From: Geosiphon pyriformis uo1
Lineage: Eukaryota > Fungi > Glomeromycota
NCBI GenBank assembly: GCA_016748015.1
Contig: JAAOMT010000436.1
Span: 1,768,032-1,832,031 of the forward strand
Length of the DNA: 64,000 nucleotides
Direction: 5' to 3'
Shown here: one piece after another, positions 12,380-26,713 of the stretch
How positions within the stretch are numbered: the stretch's first letter is position 1
Layout of the letters: each line of letters starts with the position of its first letter
Made by a program: the position numbers and the translations under genes
Notes under the pieces: model-generated
Told to the model about the DNA's origin: nothing
The model's database searches: none
Seen by the model: the letters and a program-made list of their open reading frames with translations, nothing else

Positions 12380-12710
12380 TTAAATAGTTATAAAAAAAAA
12401 GTTTAATTTTATTAAATAGCTTAATGCCTTTTTTGTTAATAATTTCTTAAATATGTTTTTAAAAAATATAGTTAAATTGCTTGATATTACAGAAACTTTA
12501 AATATTAGCTTTAGTATATATATTTTGTGTTTTTTTATTTTTAATATTAACAAGAGTATTTTGGTTTATATAAAAAAATAATATTGTTTTTATCAATTTA
12601 AATAACTAGTTATATATAGTAAATACATAATTCATACCTAGTTTAGATTACTTAATTTAATGTATTATACTAAATAATATTTGGATTTTATTTGTTAAAG
12701 TAAAAAAAAT
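12380..12710 (+). mobile_element. Eroded, 5'-truncated LINE copy (ORF2 C-terminus plus 3' tail)
   Basis: atagttaaattgcttgatatt (VKLLGI-like) followed by the tail at ~12577-12710, including atacctagtttagattactt. Confidence 0.7.
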
Positions 12711-15242
12711 ATATATATAAATCAAATTTTATCTTTTTATTTCTAAAAACTTATTTATTTATTTTATTTAAAAATTAAATATAGTTAATATAATACTTTA
12801 AAATAATAATTCAAACTAATAATATTTGATTATAATTATTAATAAAATACTAATTTTTATTATTATTATTATTATTATTATTTTAAATTTATATAATTAA
12901 ATCTGTTTTTTATTATTTTTTACTATATTATTATAAACTGCTAAGTTGATTTGGTTTTTCTGAATTTCAACAAAATTTTAATATATTAACTATTAAAAAT
13001 TATATTTTTACATAGAGTTATATAAAATAAGTTGTTTAAAATATCTAAAAAAATTTTCAATAGTTTTAAATAGATATTAATATATTATTTATATATAAAA
13101 GCATAATTTAAAAACTTAATCTTTTTATAATAAAAACAAATTATTTTAAAATATTATTTATCATATAAATATTTTTAAGTCACAACAAAAAATTGTTTAT
13201 AAACAGTTTTATAAGATATATATACAAATTAATTATAAGTTTATTATTAAAATTCGAACTTATATGCAAATTTGATTGTTATACTACAAATATATAATGT
13301 TAATTAATATAATTAATTATATTATAAAAGATTATATTAGTTTTAAGACCAGTTTTTTATTTAATATTTTTAAATTTGTTTAACAAAATAACAAATATTG
13401 TCTAATATAGTCTTATTATTAATTTGAAATAATTTTTATAAACTAAAATTAAAAAAAAAAAACAATAATAAATAAGCAGCAATATTAGTTAACTTATTTG
13501 TAATTATATTATTTATTATATTTAAATAAATTTTAATATTAAATTACAATATCAAAATATTTTTATTATATATAAAATTAATAATCTGTTTTTTTTCAAT
13601 TTAATTTAAATAAACCAAGTTCTAAAATACAAGTATTAAGTATAGTCTAATTGTTTAAATAAATATTAATTATATAGAAAAAAAAACATACTTAAAAACC
13701 AATAAAATAGTCTAAAATTTAGCATATATCAATAATATTAATTTGAAAATATACATATTTATATTTAAACCAAAATTATCAAAAAAAAGCAGCAATACTA
13801 TTAATAATACTACAAAACTTCAATTTTTTTAATAAATTATCCATAAAAATATTAATAACTAAAAGTTTTATTTTTATTAAATATTTTTTAACTATTGATA
13901 AATTACAAAAGTTTATAATATTTTGATAACCAATATTATAATAAGAAAACAAATCAGTCTTATAAACAAATTTGTTTTAAAAAAAACAAATAACAATAAT
14001 AATTTAATAAGATATTAAATATTAAAATTAAGCTTTTTCTATTAATAAAAAGTTTTTTAATCAAAAATATTATTATATTTGTTTAATAATTGCTTTTTAA
14101 AAGCTATATTAAATTTTTTTAAAAAATTAACAACATTAAAATACACTTTTATACTCAAAATATCTGAAACAAAAATGTTATTTAAGTTTAAAAATACTAA
14201 AAAAACAAAGCTTATTAGTAAAATATTATAATTCAATAAAATTCTAATAATATTAACAAAAAATTTATTTATTAAATTAATGTATAATCTAATAAGATAA
14301 CATAAAAAAGAATAATACAAAATCTTATTAGGAAAATTCCTAAAAAATTCATTTTATTTTTTAAATTTTTACATATTATTATAATATATATTCTTAAAAA
14401 TAAAGTTTAACTAAAATTTTGAATTGACAATAAATTAAAACATAATATAAACTATATAAAAACTGTTTGTTAGTAATAGTTTTTTAAAACTATATTGAAA
14501 AAATTAATATTAAAATAAGTTTTGAAAAGATTAAGCTTAAAAAATTTATTTATAGACAAAATTATACTTAAATAATAATATAATTTTTTTTTAACAATTA
14601 TTATAGATAAATTATTAATAGATAAAAAAGCATTGGCAATTTGTTTATTAATTAGAATAATAATAGACTTATTAGTATTAATAGAAATATTATTAAATTT
14701 AAAAAATTTACTAGATATATTAAATATATACTATATTATTATATATTTATTATTAATTTAAATTATATTATTTACAAAAACATTAGTTATTAAATACAAT
14801 GTAAAATCAAATTGATTAATAATTTGGTCTATTTTTAATATATATTTAAAGTTTATATAATAATTAAAAAATTATGTTTTTTACTTTATATAAAAAAGAG
14901 TTATAAAAAATATATTATAACAGAAAAAAAACCCATTCTAATTTAAATTATTATAAATTTTATAGTTATTGGTTAGTTTAAAATTAGTTATAATATAATT
15001 TATCTAATTATTATAAATATTATTAAAAAACTTAATAAACTTAAAACATATTTTAATTTTTTGTAAATTGTTTTTTAAATAAAACTAATTAACAAAATTA
15101 TATGTTTTGTATATATTTTTACAGAACCAATTAAAGCTTGTAATTTTTTTCAAAATTTTTTTTGCAACCAAATCAATAGTAAATATTAGCAACAAAATTA
15201 AAATATTTTTAAAAACAAAAAAATTATTATTTTAAAAAATAT

Positions 15243-16147
15243 TGTTATTAAAAGTTTTTTTATTTTTTTTTAATATTATTAATATTATTTTGCTGTTAAT
15301 AAAAGCTAATAAATTTTTAATAAACTAATTTATTCTCCAAAGTATCTTTTTATACTTTAAACTATATATAATATTAGATTTATAATAAAATAATTAATTT
15401 TATATCAATTGTTTTATATAATTACTTTGCAATAAAAATCAATTTTTTTATCAAAAAATTTTGTTTGTAAGCTTTCCAAATAATATGTAATTATTTTGTT
15501 ATAAAAGTTAACTTTTCTACAAAAAATTTTGATTATAAATTATTTAATAATATAGAAAAAACAAAAAATATGTTCAAAAAATTTGTTTTAAATTCAAATC
15601 TAAAAATATTAATAGTTATTAAAATTAGTAATTAATTAATTTCAAAATATTAGTTTAAAATAAGTAATATCAAAGTAATAATATTTAAAATTTTTGAGTT
15701 TTCAAAGTAATTTTTATTAAAGTAATTTGAAATAACTAATTGATTAATATTAACTAAGATAAAAAATATTATATATTTTTTTAAAAAAAGAAATTTTTTT
15801 TATATAACTTATTATAATATTATCTATAATTTATTATTTTTTTTCTAATATTTTAGCAAATTAAAGATATATTTTCTTAAACTCTAAGTTATTTTTACAA
15901 TCTATTGAATATTTTAATAAATTATTAATTATTTTATTGAATTTTTAAATATTTCAGCAAATTTTGAATGTTATATAGTTTGAAATATTATATAATTTAA
16001 ACATTATAATTTAGTCTATATTTGTATTTTATTTAAATCAAATTATTAATTAAATAATAATTTAAAATGATAATATATATTAATTAATAATAGAAATTAT
16101 AAAAATAATTTTATTTTAATTGTTAATTTAAATTTTTACTGATAATA
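15243..16147 (-). repeat. 3' LTR of the minus-strand Gypsy-like element
   Basis: Aligns end to end with 19627-20600; differences are mostly transitions. Confidence 0.75.
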
Positions 16148-19100
16148 TAATCTTTTTTTCAAAATTATATTTTATTAAAATTTAAATATTGTTTGTAATT
16201 TTTAAATAATAATCCAAAATTATTGAAAAAATTTGGTTTGAAAATTATTAAAATTTTAATTTTATAAGTTTTTTTAATATATTAAATCTTTAAAACTTGT
16301 AAAATTGGATTTTGTAAAATATTTTTACAAATATAAAATAGGTTATAAAATCTAAAAACTGCTTTAATTTTGTAATAAGCATTTGTTAATTTAGTTGCTG
16401 TTTTAAATTCATTGTAGATTTGTTTCTAAATAGTTTTTAGTATAAAATTTATTGTTTTAAGTTCTAGTTTTTTTTATAAAGTATTTTTTTAATATAAAAA
16501 TATCTATAAATTAAAGAATATTTATTGTTTTATTTATTAAAATACTATTAAAGTTTTTGTTAATTATGGTATTTGGTAAAATATTAATAAAAATAAACAA
16601 TAAATTATTTTTAAGTTTGCTTTAAAAGTTTAAATAAATAAATTTTAAATAACTTTTTGTGTTTTTTTTATAATTAGAATAATTGTTAGTTTATAAATTA
16701 TTTTAATATCATATAGATAATAATAAAACTTATTAAGTATACTATTATAAACTATAATAAAAAATATTTTTTGTTTTATTTTTTCAAAGATAAAAAAAGT
16801 ATATTGGTAAATCTGATTACAAATTTTTTTTTATTAATATATTAATTCAATTGTATTTTATTGGGAATAATTTTTTACATATAAAACAAAATATATTGTT
16901 CTATTTTTTATTTTTTTTTAAAATAACCAAATTATTTTTTGTAATAGGCTTTATAATAATAATAAATATAAATTTTGTATTATTTTTTTAAAAATAAACA
17001 AGTTTTTATAAATAAAAATATTTTGTTATAGTCTTTATATTTGAGTAAAATATATGTTAATTGTTTTTTTAGTTATAGTTTTAAATTTATAACATATTAA
17101 TTATTAGTTTGTTTATTTATTAATACTAATTTTAAATATTAATTTAAGTTTTTTGATTATAATATTGTTAATTATAGTTTAAATGTTTCAAATAACTGTT
17201 GTTTAATTTTTTCAGTCTAATTAAATCAAGAGTTAAAAATTATATAAGTTTTAGTAATTGGTTTTTTTTCTTTTTAAATTCAAAAACCGAAACTTTTTTA
17301 GATTATTTATTAAAAATATTATAAATAACAAGTACTTTTATATATTGTTCTAAATATAAAATCTTTGATTTTTGAGTTTTTTAATTTAAATTTATATTAA
17401 CTTTAAAAAATCAATTATTTTTAATAAAAGCTTAATATTAAAGTATATTTATAATAAAAATTTTAATTAGAATAATAATTTTGTTAATTGTAAATAAGAA
17501 ATTGTTAATTTTTTTTACTAATGTTTTTTTTATATTATTAGTAATAAAAATTATTGTTTAAATAAAATAGTCTATATTTTGTTTTATTTTTACATAAACT
17601 AATAAGTAATAATATTTTTAGTTAATCTATTGTTTAATATTAATTAAATAAATTTTTTTTAACTTTAATTTTAATATATATTACTGTAATGACTTTTTGT
17701 TTTAAAATATTTATATTGTTAAATAAAAATAGTAATTTATTGGTTTTAAATTCAAATAAAAATATGTTTAAAATATTGGTGTTTTTAGCTATTTTTGTTA
17801 ATAAAATTGTTATATTGTTATTATATAAAAAATTTGATTGTTATATTATAACTTTATTTTTTAAAAGTATAATATAGTAAAAATTTTAGTCTTTTAATAT
17901 TGTAAAATAATTAAGTTAAGTATAAAAATATTTAAATAATTATTAATTATTATTGTAAAATACCAATTAGTTATTGAAATTATTTTGTTATTGCTTGGTT
18001 AAAAATAATTTTGTAATGTAAATTAATTAGATTAAGTTAATTTTTTTGCTAATAATTAATAGTCTTGTATTTAAAATAATTAATATTATTATTATTATTC
18101 TGTTTTTAGTTAATTTTTTTGTATTTTTTGCAGTTATATTTTTAATGTTTTTGAATTTTACAATAATAACAATTTGAGTTTTAGAACTAATTATTATTTA
18201 ATAATAATAAATTATTTTGATTTTTTTATAGTAGTTAGTATTTTTATTGATAATTAATAAAAAGATTTTTAACTTTTTTGGTTAATTTATTAATTTTTTT
18301 TTTGTTATTAAACTAATTTTTCTAATTGTTAAATTGACAAATTTAATTCAGTTTGCTTTTTTTATTGTTATTTCATAGTATTTAATATACAATATAACAA
18401 TAACTAAATTTTTTAAGACATATAAATAAACTTTCTTAATTAATTTATTTTTTAATTTAGCAATAAATTGGTTTAAAACTTAAGTATTAAAATAATAATT
18501 ATTGTTTTTCAATTGTTTAATTTATTGAAAAAGTTTATTAAATTTTCTAAAATAAGTTATAACAGATTTAATTGGCTTTTGTTTGATATTTTAAAAGTGA
18601 TTATAAAGAATAATTGAAATATTATTATTAGTAAATTGTTTAAAAAAAATGGTTTTAAAAACATTTTAGTTAGCAAAAAATACTGTTAAGTTTTTAAACC
18701 ATTTGCCTATAGTTTTTTATAAAAAATAAAAAATTGTTTTTAATATTTTTATTGTATTTTATTTATTAGTATTTCTGTTTTAATAATTTTGTTAAGTCAT
18801 TTTTAAAGATTATATTTAAAGTTTTTTTCTGAAAATTCAGAAATTTTTATAATATAAACAACAGTTATTTTTTTATTTTTTATTTATTATTTGTAGTTTT
18901 TTTTCATTTTTTTTTGATAAATTTAAAATGTTTTTTTTTATTGATTAGTATTTTTAAGTATTTATTCTGGTTTTTTGCTAAATAACCAAAAAATTTAATT
19001 TTGTATAAATTGGCTTTGGTAATTGAATAAGACTTTTTGTAAAGTTTTTTGATCTTAAAAAATAATTATGTAATAAATTAAATATTTGGACTTATACAAA

Positions 19101-19626
19101 TAAAGCTAAAATAAATATAATCAAAAATAGTTATTTAATATTTATTTTTTATTTAGATGTTTACAAATATTTAAATGTTTTTTTTAGTATATTAAAAATT
19201 GTATAAACTGGTCTAATATTTTTTTTTTGTTTTTTTATTATTAGGTTTTAGTTTAAATTTTAATTTAAGAACAAATTATAAATTAACAGAATATTTTTTT
19301 TCACAAAATTAAATAATATTGTAGTCAAATTTTTGAAAATAAGTAATATAAGTATCTGTACTAATAGTTTCTAATTCTATTATTAAATAATAAATTAGGT
19401 TTTCAAAAAGATTATATTTGAATTTTATAATATTGTTATTTCTAAAAAGATAATTATTAATTCTGTTTTTAATATATTAAAAAAGTGTTTTTTTAACAAT
19501 TAAAATTTTATTTAGTATTTTAAATCTTGGTTTACAATAAGTGTAAATTAATAGATAATATTCTAAAATTATTATATTAAATATAGTCATTACTTTGATA
19601 TGATTATTATTGTTTTATTTCTAAAA

Positions 19627-20600
19627 AATTACCAAAGATTTTTCTATTCTTTTTTAAATATTGTTAATACTATTTTGTTATTAATTTTGCTGTTAATAGA
19701 AATTAATAAACTTTTGATAAGTTAATTTATTTTCTAAAATATTTTTCTATATTTTAAACTATATATATTATTGGATTTATAATAAAATGGCCAATTTTAT
19801 GCCAATTTTTTTGTATAATTACTTTGTAGTAAAAATTAATTTTTTTATAAAAAATTTTATTGTAAACTTTCTAAATAATATATAATTCTTTTGTTATAAA
19901 AGTCAATTTTTTTATAGAAAATTTTGACTATAAATTACTTAATAATATAAAAAAAATAAGAAAAAAAATAAGAATAAGAAATATGTTCAAAAAAATTGTT
20001 TTAAATTCAGACTTAAAAGTATTAACAATTATTAAAATTAATAGCTAATTAATTTTAAAATGTTAATTTAAAATAAATAATTTCGAAATAATAATATTTA
20101 AAAATTTTAGGTTTTTAAAACAATTTTTATTAAAGTAATTTGTAGTAACTAATTAATTAATATTGACTTAAATAAAAAATATTCTAAAATAAGATATATT
20201 TTTTTTTAAAAAAAGTTTTTCTTTTATATAATTTATTATAATATTATTCTATAATTTAGCAATTTTTTTTCTAATATTTTAGTAAACTAAAAATATATTT
20301 TGTTAAACTTTATATTATTTCTATAAACTATTAAGTATTTAATAAACTGTTAAGTATTTTATCAAATTTCTAAATATTTTGGCAAATTTTAAATATTATA
20401 TAGTTTAAAATTTTATATAATTTAATTATTATAATTTAATTATATTTTTGTTCTGTTTAAATTAGATTATTAACTAAATAATAATTTAGTAATTTAATAA
20501 GATAATAAATAAATATTTAAAATAATAAATATATTAATTAATAATAAGAATTATAAAATAATTTTATTCTAATTGCTAACTCAAATTTTTGTTAATAATA
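19627..20600 (-). repeat. 5' LTR of the minus-strand Gypsy-like element
   Basis: Aligns with 15243-16147; left boundary approximate. Confidence 0.72.
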
Positions 20601-22111
20601 ATATTAAATCACTATATATCTTTAATATTTAATTTAAGAATATTTTTGACAAAATTTTACAAATAGTCTTAACAAATATAATTAATTAAATATTAATTAA
20701 AATATTTTCTCATTTATAAGGCTTAAAAATTATAAAAACCTAAGCACATTTTTATTATATAGACATTAATTTAAAATTCAAATAAAAATTTAATAAAATC
20801 AGTAATAAATTAACAATATTATTATTATAATGCTTTTAAAATTTATTTAATATATTAAAAAATCTAGTTATCTTATTATCAAAAAATAATATATAATTAA
20901 TAAAAGCTTATTTAAAAAAATCTAATCTATTATTTTTAAGAATACAATATTATTTATAAAATTTAATAAAACATATTAAGCCTATTAAAAAAAAAATTTT
21001 ATTCAATATAACCTATTTTTTGGTTTAATTTTTTATAATAGAATTTATAAATAATTTAATTTTATTATAATCTAAAACAAATTTATTATTTATTATTAAA
21101 TAATTTAAAATTATCTTGCAAAATATATATTTAAAAATATTATATATTATATAACTCTTATTATTTATAAAATTTTTTATGTATTTTTTAATTGTTGTTT
21201 TAATCCAATTTATTTTAATTTTTTAAGATTATAAAGTTTTTTAACATAATAACTCTTTTTAATCTTGTAAAAAACCAAACAAATTGCATTAAATTTTACA
21301 TTTTTACAAATTAAACTTCAAACTATATTAGTTTTTTTAAAATTCAACTTTAACTATTTATTCATAAACTTGATAAAATTCATATTCAAACATAATAAAA
21401 AACACTTAAAAATCTTTAAAACCAAAAGTTTTAACTCAAAAAAACAAAATAAGTAAGAATTTTTAATATATAAATATTTAATATATTAATATTAAAAAAA
21501 AACCAAATTAGCAATAAAACTTATAATGTTTTTAAAAAAAATTTATATTTTATTTAAATTAATAACCAACTTTAAATTCTCAAAATTACTTTTCAAAATT
21601 TTTGTTTTTAATAAAATAATATTTTTAAACTCTTTTTATATTTTTAAAATTATATTTTTAGTAGTTTTTATTAAATTATTTATACAAAAAAATATATTGT
21701 CTAAAAAACTACCTAATTTTACCAAAATGCATACAATATTATAATCAATAAAAATAATTTTTGTAAATCTAAAATTTTATTTATTATTATAATATTAACA
21801 TTAAAATAAAATTAATTGTTTTACAAATATTATGTAAATTACTTTATATTAAACTTTTAACAAACAAATTATTAGAAAAAAAGTTAATCAAATTCAGATC
21901 TAATTTTTTTTATAATTAGTATTGTATTTTATATTATTCTTATTGAAATCACTTTTTAAAATTACAAATATATTTTTATTATATATTTTAATAATAAATA
22001 AATTATTAATAAAAGCTTAATTTTATTTTGTATTAATAAATATATTTATATATAAATCTAAAACCATAATTAATTGTTTGTGCTTAAATAGCAAATAAAT
22101 TAACAAAAATT

Positions 22112-24382
22112 ATTTAATATAATTTTAAATTCTTTGTCTTCTTAATTTTATGATCATGACCAAAGCAAAAAATAAAAAAGCTCTATTTGATATTTTTCCT
22201 GAGGTATTTAATAAAATTTCAATCAGAAGAGCTCTTTTTATTATAGAAGCAACTAGACAAAACATTTTAAAAGCCTTTTTTTTTATTTAATAATCGTAAA
22301 AAGCTGCTTTTAATAGCTACTAAAGCAACTTTTTCATCTTTGACTGGTTTTTCACCAGTCAAAATTCCTTTAAAGAGACACACTTGGATTAGTTTTAATG
22401 TTGCCTTTACTCCAACTATAAGCCCAAAAGTTTTTAATAATAGACTAGTAAACAAGTTGGTTTTCTTTTCTTTAGCTTCAATATTTGGTGTTACTAGCAT
22501 CACATCTTTAAAAAAAATGGTTAAAAAGACCAAAAGTTCAGAAAAGTGGAGGCAATTGCTTGCTTTTGCTATTATTACACTGAATTTTTTTGTGGTTCTA
22601 ACTAAGATCTTAGGTAAAATTTCTATTGTATCATCTGGCATGTTATCCAAGATAGACCAAAATCAACTACTGGCTATGTTGCCAAATGTGGTGTTTTTTA
22701 GCAGATCTTTACCAGTTCTAAAAGCAAAACAATCATCTTCTGTTGGATTATCTATTCTTGGGAACTGGGCTGATCAGATAGAAACTGAATTATTTTTTCT
22801 GGTTTCTGGTATTACTACTAGTCATCAAAAATTTTACTGAATAAGTGGTTTCCACTCTGGTGCTTGGTACTATTTTTAAGATCAAATTGGCTCATATTAA
22901 GACTGTTTTTCAGTTTATACATGGTTTTTTGGATGCAAAATCTGTTTTAAAGAACAATATAAAGCTTTTTTATATGAAGTTTGCTCCTCAAAGTTCTCTG
23001 AAAGCTGCATTTCTGGTTAAGCTTACAAGCTCTGTTTGTCTTGTTACTCTCAAAGTTGTTAAGTCTTTGGTAGTTTCTGAGTCTGATTTTTCTCCTGCTG
23101 CTGTTACACTGTGTAATGTGTCTTTGGGTATGTCTGCTGTCAATATTAAGTTAGCTCTTAGTGTTTTTGGTGAAGTTTTTTGTGTTGTGCTGAAGCCTAT
23201 TGGTGTTTGGCAATATATGATTGTTTACTTTAAAGAATTAAATACTGCTGCATCTGTTCTCACTTACTAATTAGTTTTGATAAGCAAAAATAGTGTTCAA
23301 ATTTTTCTTCTCATCAATCAAAATGAGACAATTTTGTTTCATGATAAATTTAAGACCAAGTTAGTCAACTTTCTTTCTGGCTGCACTGTCTTTGAAATTA
23401 ATAATATGATTTTTCATGTTAGTGGTCAGACTTGTTTCATCCTTCAGTCTTCTAATTCTGGTTATTATTACCAGTTTGTTTTGGTTACATTTGGCTTTCA
23501 AGCTAATTTGGATCTTGCTGTTGCCAAAACTGGTATGCTAAGAAAGTGCTATATCTAATAGAAAACTCCTGGTTCCCAGTATTGTTTTTAGTGTCAAGAG
23601 ATAAACCACTTGGCTATAAACTACAAGATTGCTTTATCTCCTTTTTCTAAGGCTCTCAAGGTATTTAAACCATATTTCATTGATTTTTTGTTTTATGCTA
23701 AGGCATCTGCTTCTCCTGTTCTTTCTGAGTTTTCTTTTTTAGTGGCTTCTGTTTCTTCTGTGGCTATTGCCAATCCTTTAATGTTTTCTTGGTTAGCTGC
23801 TCTGAAATTTGATTTAGCCAAGTTGTTAATATTGGTTGAATCTATTGTTAAGTTTGTTGGTGGATTAGTAACTGCTTTTAAACAATTTATTAAAAGTAAT
23901 CTTGTATTTAGCAGCAAGTTTAAAAACAAAGTTAATAAGCTTATAGTGTATTTGAATGCTTTTAGTAAATTTGTTGGTAAGTTAAAGAGAAAGGTAGTAG
24001 CATTAAAGACTGAGTGTAGCATAAAAAATGTTGATTTGTCTGATAATTTTGGTGTTCCAGTTGGAGTAAATGATAAGGTATTTGGTAAGTTAATGGCACT
24101 CTGAGAATTTAAATCTCCTGAGATTAGGTCTAGTCTTATAAAAACAGCCAAGTAGCTTGTTGGATTGGTTCTTAGTAGTCTTACTTTGTTTGATGTAATT
24201 CAAAAGATGTCTATTTTGGATAAGTTTTTTTGTAAATTAGCAGTATAGTATAGTCTGAACTGGTTTGAATAGCTGGTTATATGTAGAAAGTACATAAACT
24301 ATATTTAATTCTGGATTACTTAGTTTGATCCTAATTTCTAATTAATAGTTGAGTTATATTTATTAAATCTCTAATAAAAAAA
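22112..24382 (+). mobile_element. Non-autonomous ORF1-only retroposon (HAL1-like) carrying the LINE family 3' tail
   Basis: Flanked by a 15-bp TSD, AAATTAACAAAAATT (22097-22111) / AAATTGACAAAAATT (24383-24397). Contains a single degraded ORF, then the family tail directly after the stop, then poly(A). No EN/RT sequence. Confidence 0.82.
22150..24248 (+). pseudogene. ORF1-like nucleic-acid-binding protein (~700 codons; RRM-like repeats, CCHC knuckle remnant, coiled-coil-like C-terminus), disrupted
   Basis: ORF pieces 22340-22840, 22845-23270, 23277-23558 and 23610-24104. NIKLALSVFGEV..VVLKPIGVWQYMIVYF...VLISKNSV parallels LINE ORF1 (VFSKFGKIVSIKMQLIGLWQK..VEF...SVLMGKDLV). Knuckle remnant CF*CQEINHLA at ~23583-23615. 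Confidence 0.75.
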
Positions 24383-26713
24383 AAATTGACAAAAATTTAA
24401 CTAAATAATTATTTATAATTACTATAATATTTATATTTAAGAAATTTAAATTCAATCTTAAAGTAAAAACAAATATTTTACTAAATTTATTTATAATAAA
24501 CAAACTTATACTTAAACAAAATTTAGTCTTAATTATAATTGAAATATTATTATTTAAATTATTATATTATTTTATAATATTATTTTATTTAATAAAAATA
24601 TTTATGTCTTTAATATTATATATAATTATTTTTTAAATTAAGTTATTTATTAAAAACAAAAAAAATACTATATTATTATTCAAATAATAAAAATCTAATT
24701 TCTTAAGAACTATATTAATTAATTTTTTAGACTATTAATATTAGTAGTTAAAATTTTTAAACAATTTATAAAAAGCTTTAAGAAATTATCTGTTATATTA
24801 AGCAAAATTAAAAACTTGTTAATAATTTGTTAATAATTATTTCTAATTTTATTTTTATATCTTGTAAAAATATTTTATTATATTTAATAATAAAAATAAA
24901 AAATATTTAATATTTAATTTGCAAAAAATTTCAAAAATATAATTTATAAAAAGTTTTAATAAATATTTCAGAATTTTCAAATAAAAATCCAAAACAAATA
25001 TTATAATATTACTGTTAAGATTATTAAATAAATTTTTTCTTAAAAAAATCATAAAATAAAACAAATAAAAAAATTGTTGATATATTATTAATTATAAAAA
25101 CTCAAGTTTTATTATTAAAAAAAACCAAATTAGTATTTGTTTTTGGCATATATATATATATAATATTTTTTATTAGTTATAAAAAGCTTAAACATTACTA
25201 TTTAATTTATTATTAAATAAATATTTATCTAAAATATGATTATATTACTTATATAAAGTGTATAAAATTAAAGTATAATAAGCTTATATATAAATAATTA
25301 AATTATACATTATAATACATATTTTTTTATCATTAAATACAAAAAAATTAGACAGATTATAAGCTATAATACTAACTAAAAGCATGTAAAAGAATATAAT
25401 ACTGGTTTTTAAAGTTTTATATTTGTTTGATAATAATAAATTTAGTTATTTGTACAAAGTTTTTTCTTAATATAATTGATCATTTAAAAACAATTAAGTT
25501 AATAATCAATATTTTTTGTCAAAAATCAATTAATTATATTTTAATTGTTTTTACTTTGTCAAATTTAGTAAGTATTAATAATATTATTATTTTAAAAAAA
25601 TTAATTAAAATCTTTTTAATAATTAGTTTTTGATTTAATTTAATATTAATTTGTTTAAAATTAATATTTATTAAAAATTTTATACTAATAGTTAGCTTTT
25701 TAATCTAATTAAAATTAGTTTTAAAAGTAAATATTAACTAAATAATTTTATAAAATTTTAAAAAAGTAAAAGTTTTTTTAAAATAATTTACTTAATAAAA
25801 CAAAATTTTAACAATTTTTAACTTATTATTTAATTTTTTTTAAAAATAACTAATATATTTATATTTAAACAAACAATTTAACAAGATCAAAATTTTTTTA
25901 TTTTTAATTGACAAAAAAATTTTTGTGTTTATTGTACCAAAAATTAACAAAAAAAATTTTTTTCAATATTATTATTATTTATATAATTAAGTACAAAAAA
26001 GATATAATAATTTTATTAAATGAAAAGTAGTAATTTAAATACAATATAATATTATATTATTATTATAAATAGATTTTTAAGATAATTTAATAAGTTTTAT
26101 AATTTGGTATTTAGATTAATAATTTAAAATTTTTTTGAAAGTTTTAGTAATAAAGTCTTTTTATATAATAAATAAAAATTTAATATAATTATAGTAAATT
26201 TTTAATGTATTTTTTTTGACTTGATAACTGGTTTATTCTGGTGTTTATTTTTTTTTAATAAAATTTTTATAATTATATTTACCCTTTTTTTTGGCATTTT
26301 TTATTAAACAATTCTTAATATTTTATTTAATATTTTTAATTAATTAATTAGTATAATAAATAATAATAAGAAAAAAATAATTAAAATAAAAATTAATATT
26401 TTATAAATAATTATAATTAAGAACTATTGTTTTAATATTATTAAATTAATATGTTTAATATTAATGACATCAAATATAAAAATTATTTAAATTTTAATAA
26501 GATGTTAAAATTTATAAATAAATAATTTTAATTATATTTTAATAAATATGTTTATTAAATTGGTTATGTTTGATTAAAATTTTTTTTTTATTAAACATTT
26601 AATAAGTGAAGCCCAACCACTATCTAATACATAGAGCCAAACTGAGACTCAAACTAAACGTGATTAACGCACTTTCTACATATGGCTAACCATTCAGACC
26701 AGACAAGGCAATA

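Larger units (their letters stand above)
15243..20600 (-). mobile_element. LTR retrotransposon (Ty3/Gypsy-like), eroded and internally deleted: gag, protease and Cys-rich region, no recognisable RT/RNase H/integrase
   Basis: Direct repeats 15243-16147 and ~19627-20600 with TGTTA.../...TAATA (eroded TAACA) ends; 4-bp TSD ATAT on both sides; PPT-like tctttttttc at 16151-16160. Eroded gag (FLEQF..NN.SI.L...F.NIKQ, ~18560-18660) and protease (ITAMY...LILDSGS.GSIIT-like, ~17600-17690) on the minus strand. Confidence 0.75.
12960..26300 (-). mobile_element. Old, highly eroded LINE split into three pieces (~12960-15242, 20601-22111, 24383-~26300) by a Gypsy-like element and an ORF1-only element
   Basis: Eroded motifs occur in the correct order on the minus strand: ORF1 SKFGK..IKMQLIGL (~25540), LLYTL (~25390); EN VFTSGLD (~24460), GDFNE (~21950), TDH (~21745); RT ETARKILSKI (~20660), continuing as GDNFSVLKG (~15220); RNase H (~13480-13800); WHPDLHM (~13270). 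Outer ends approximate. Confidence 0.7.
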
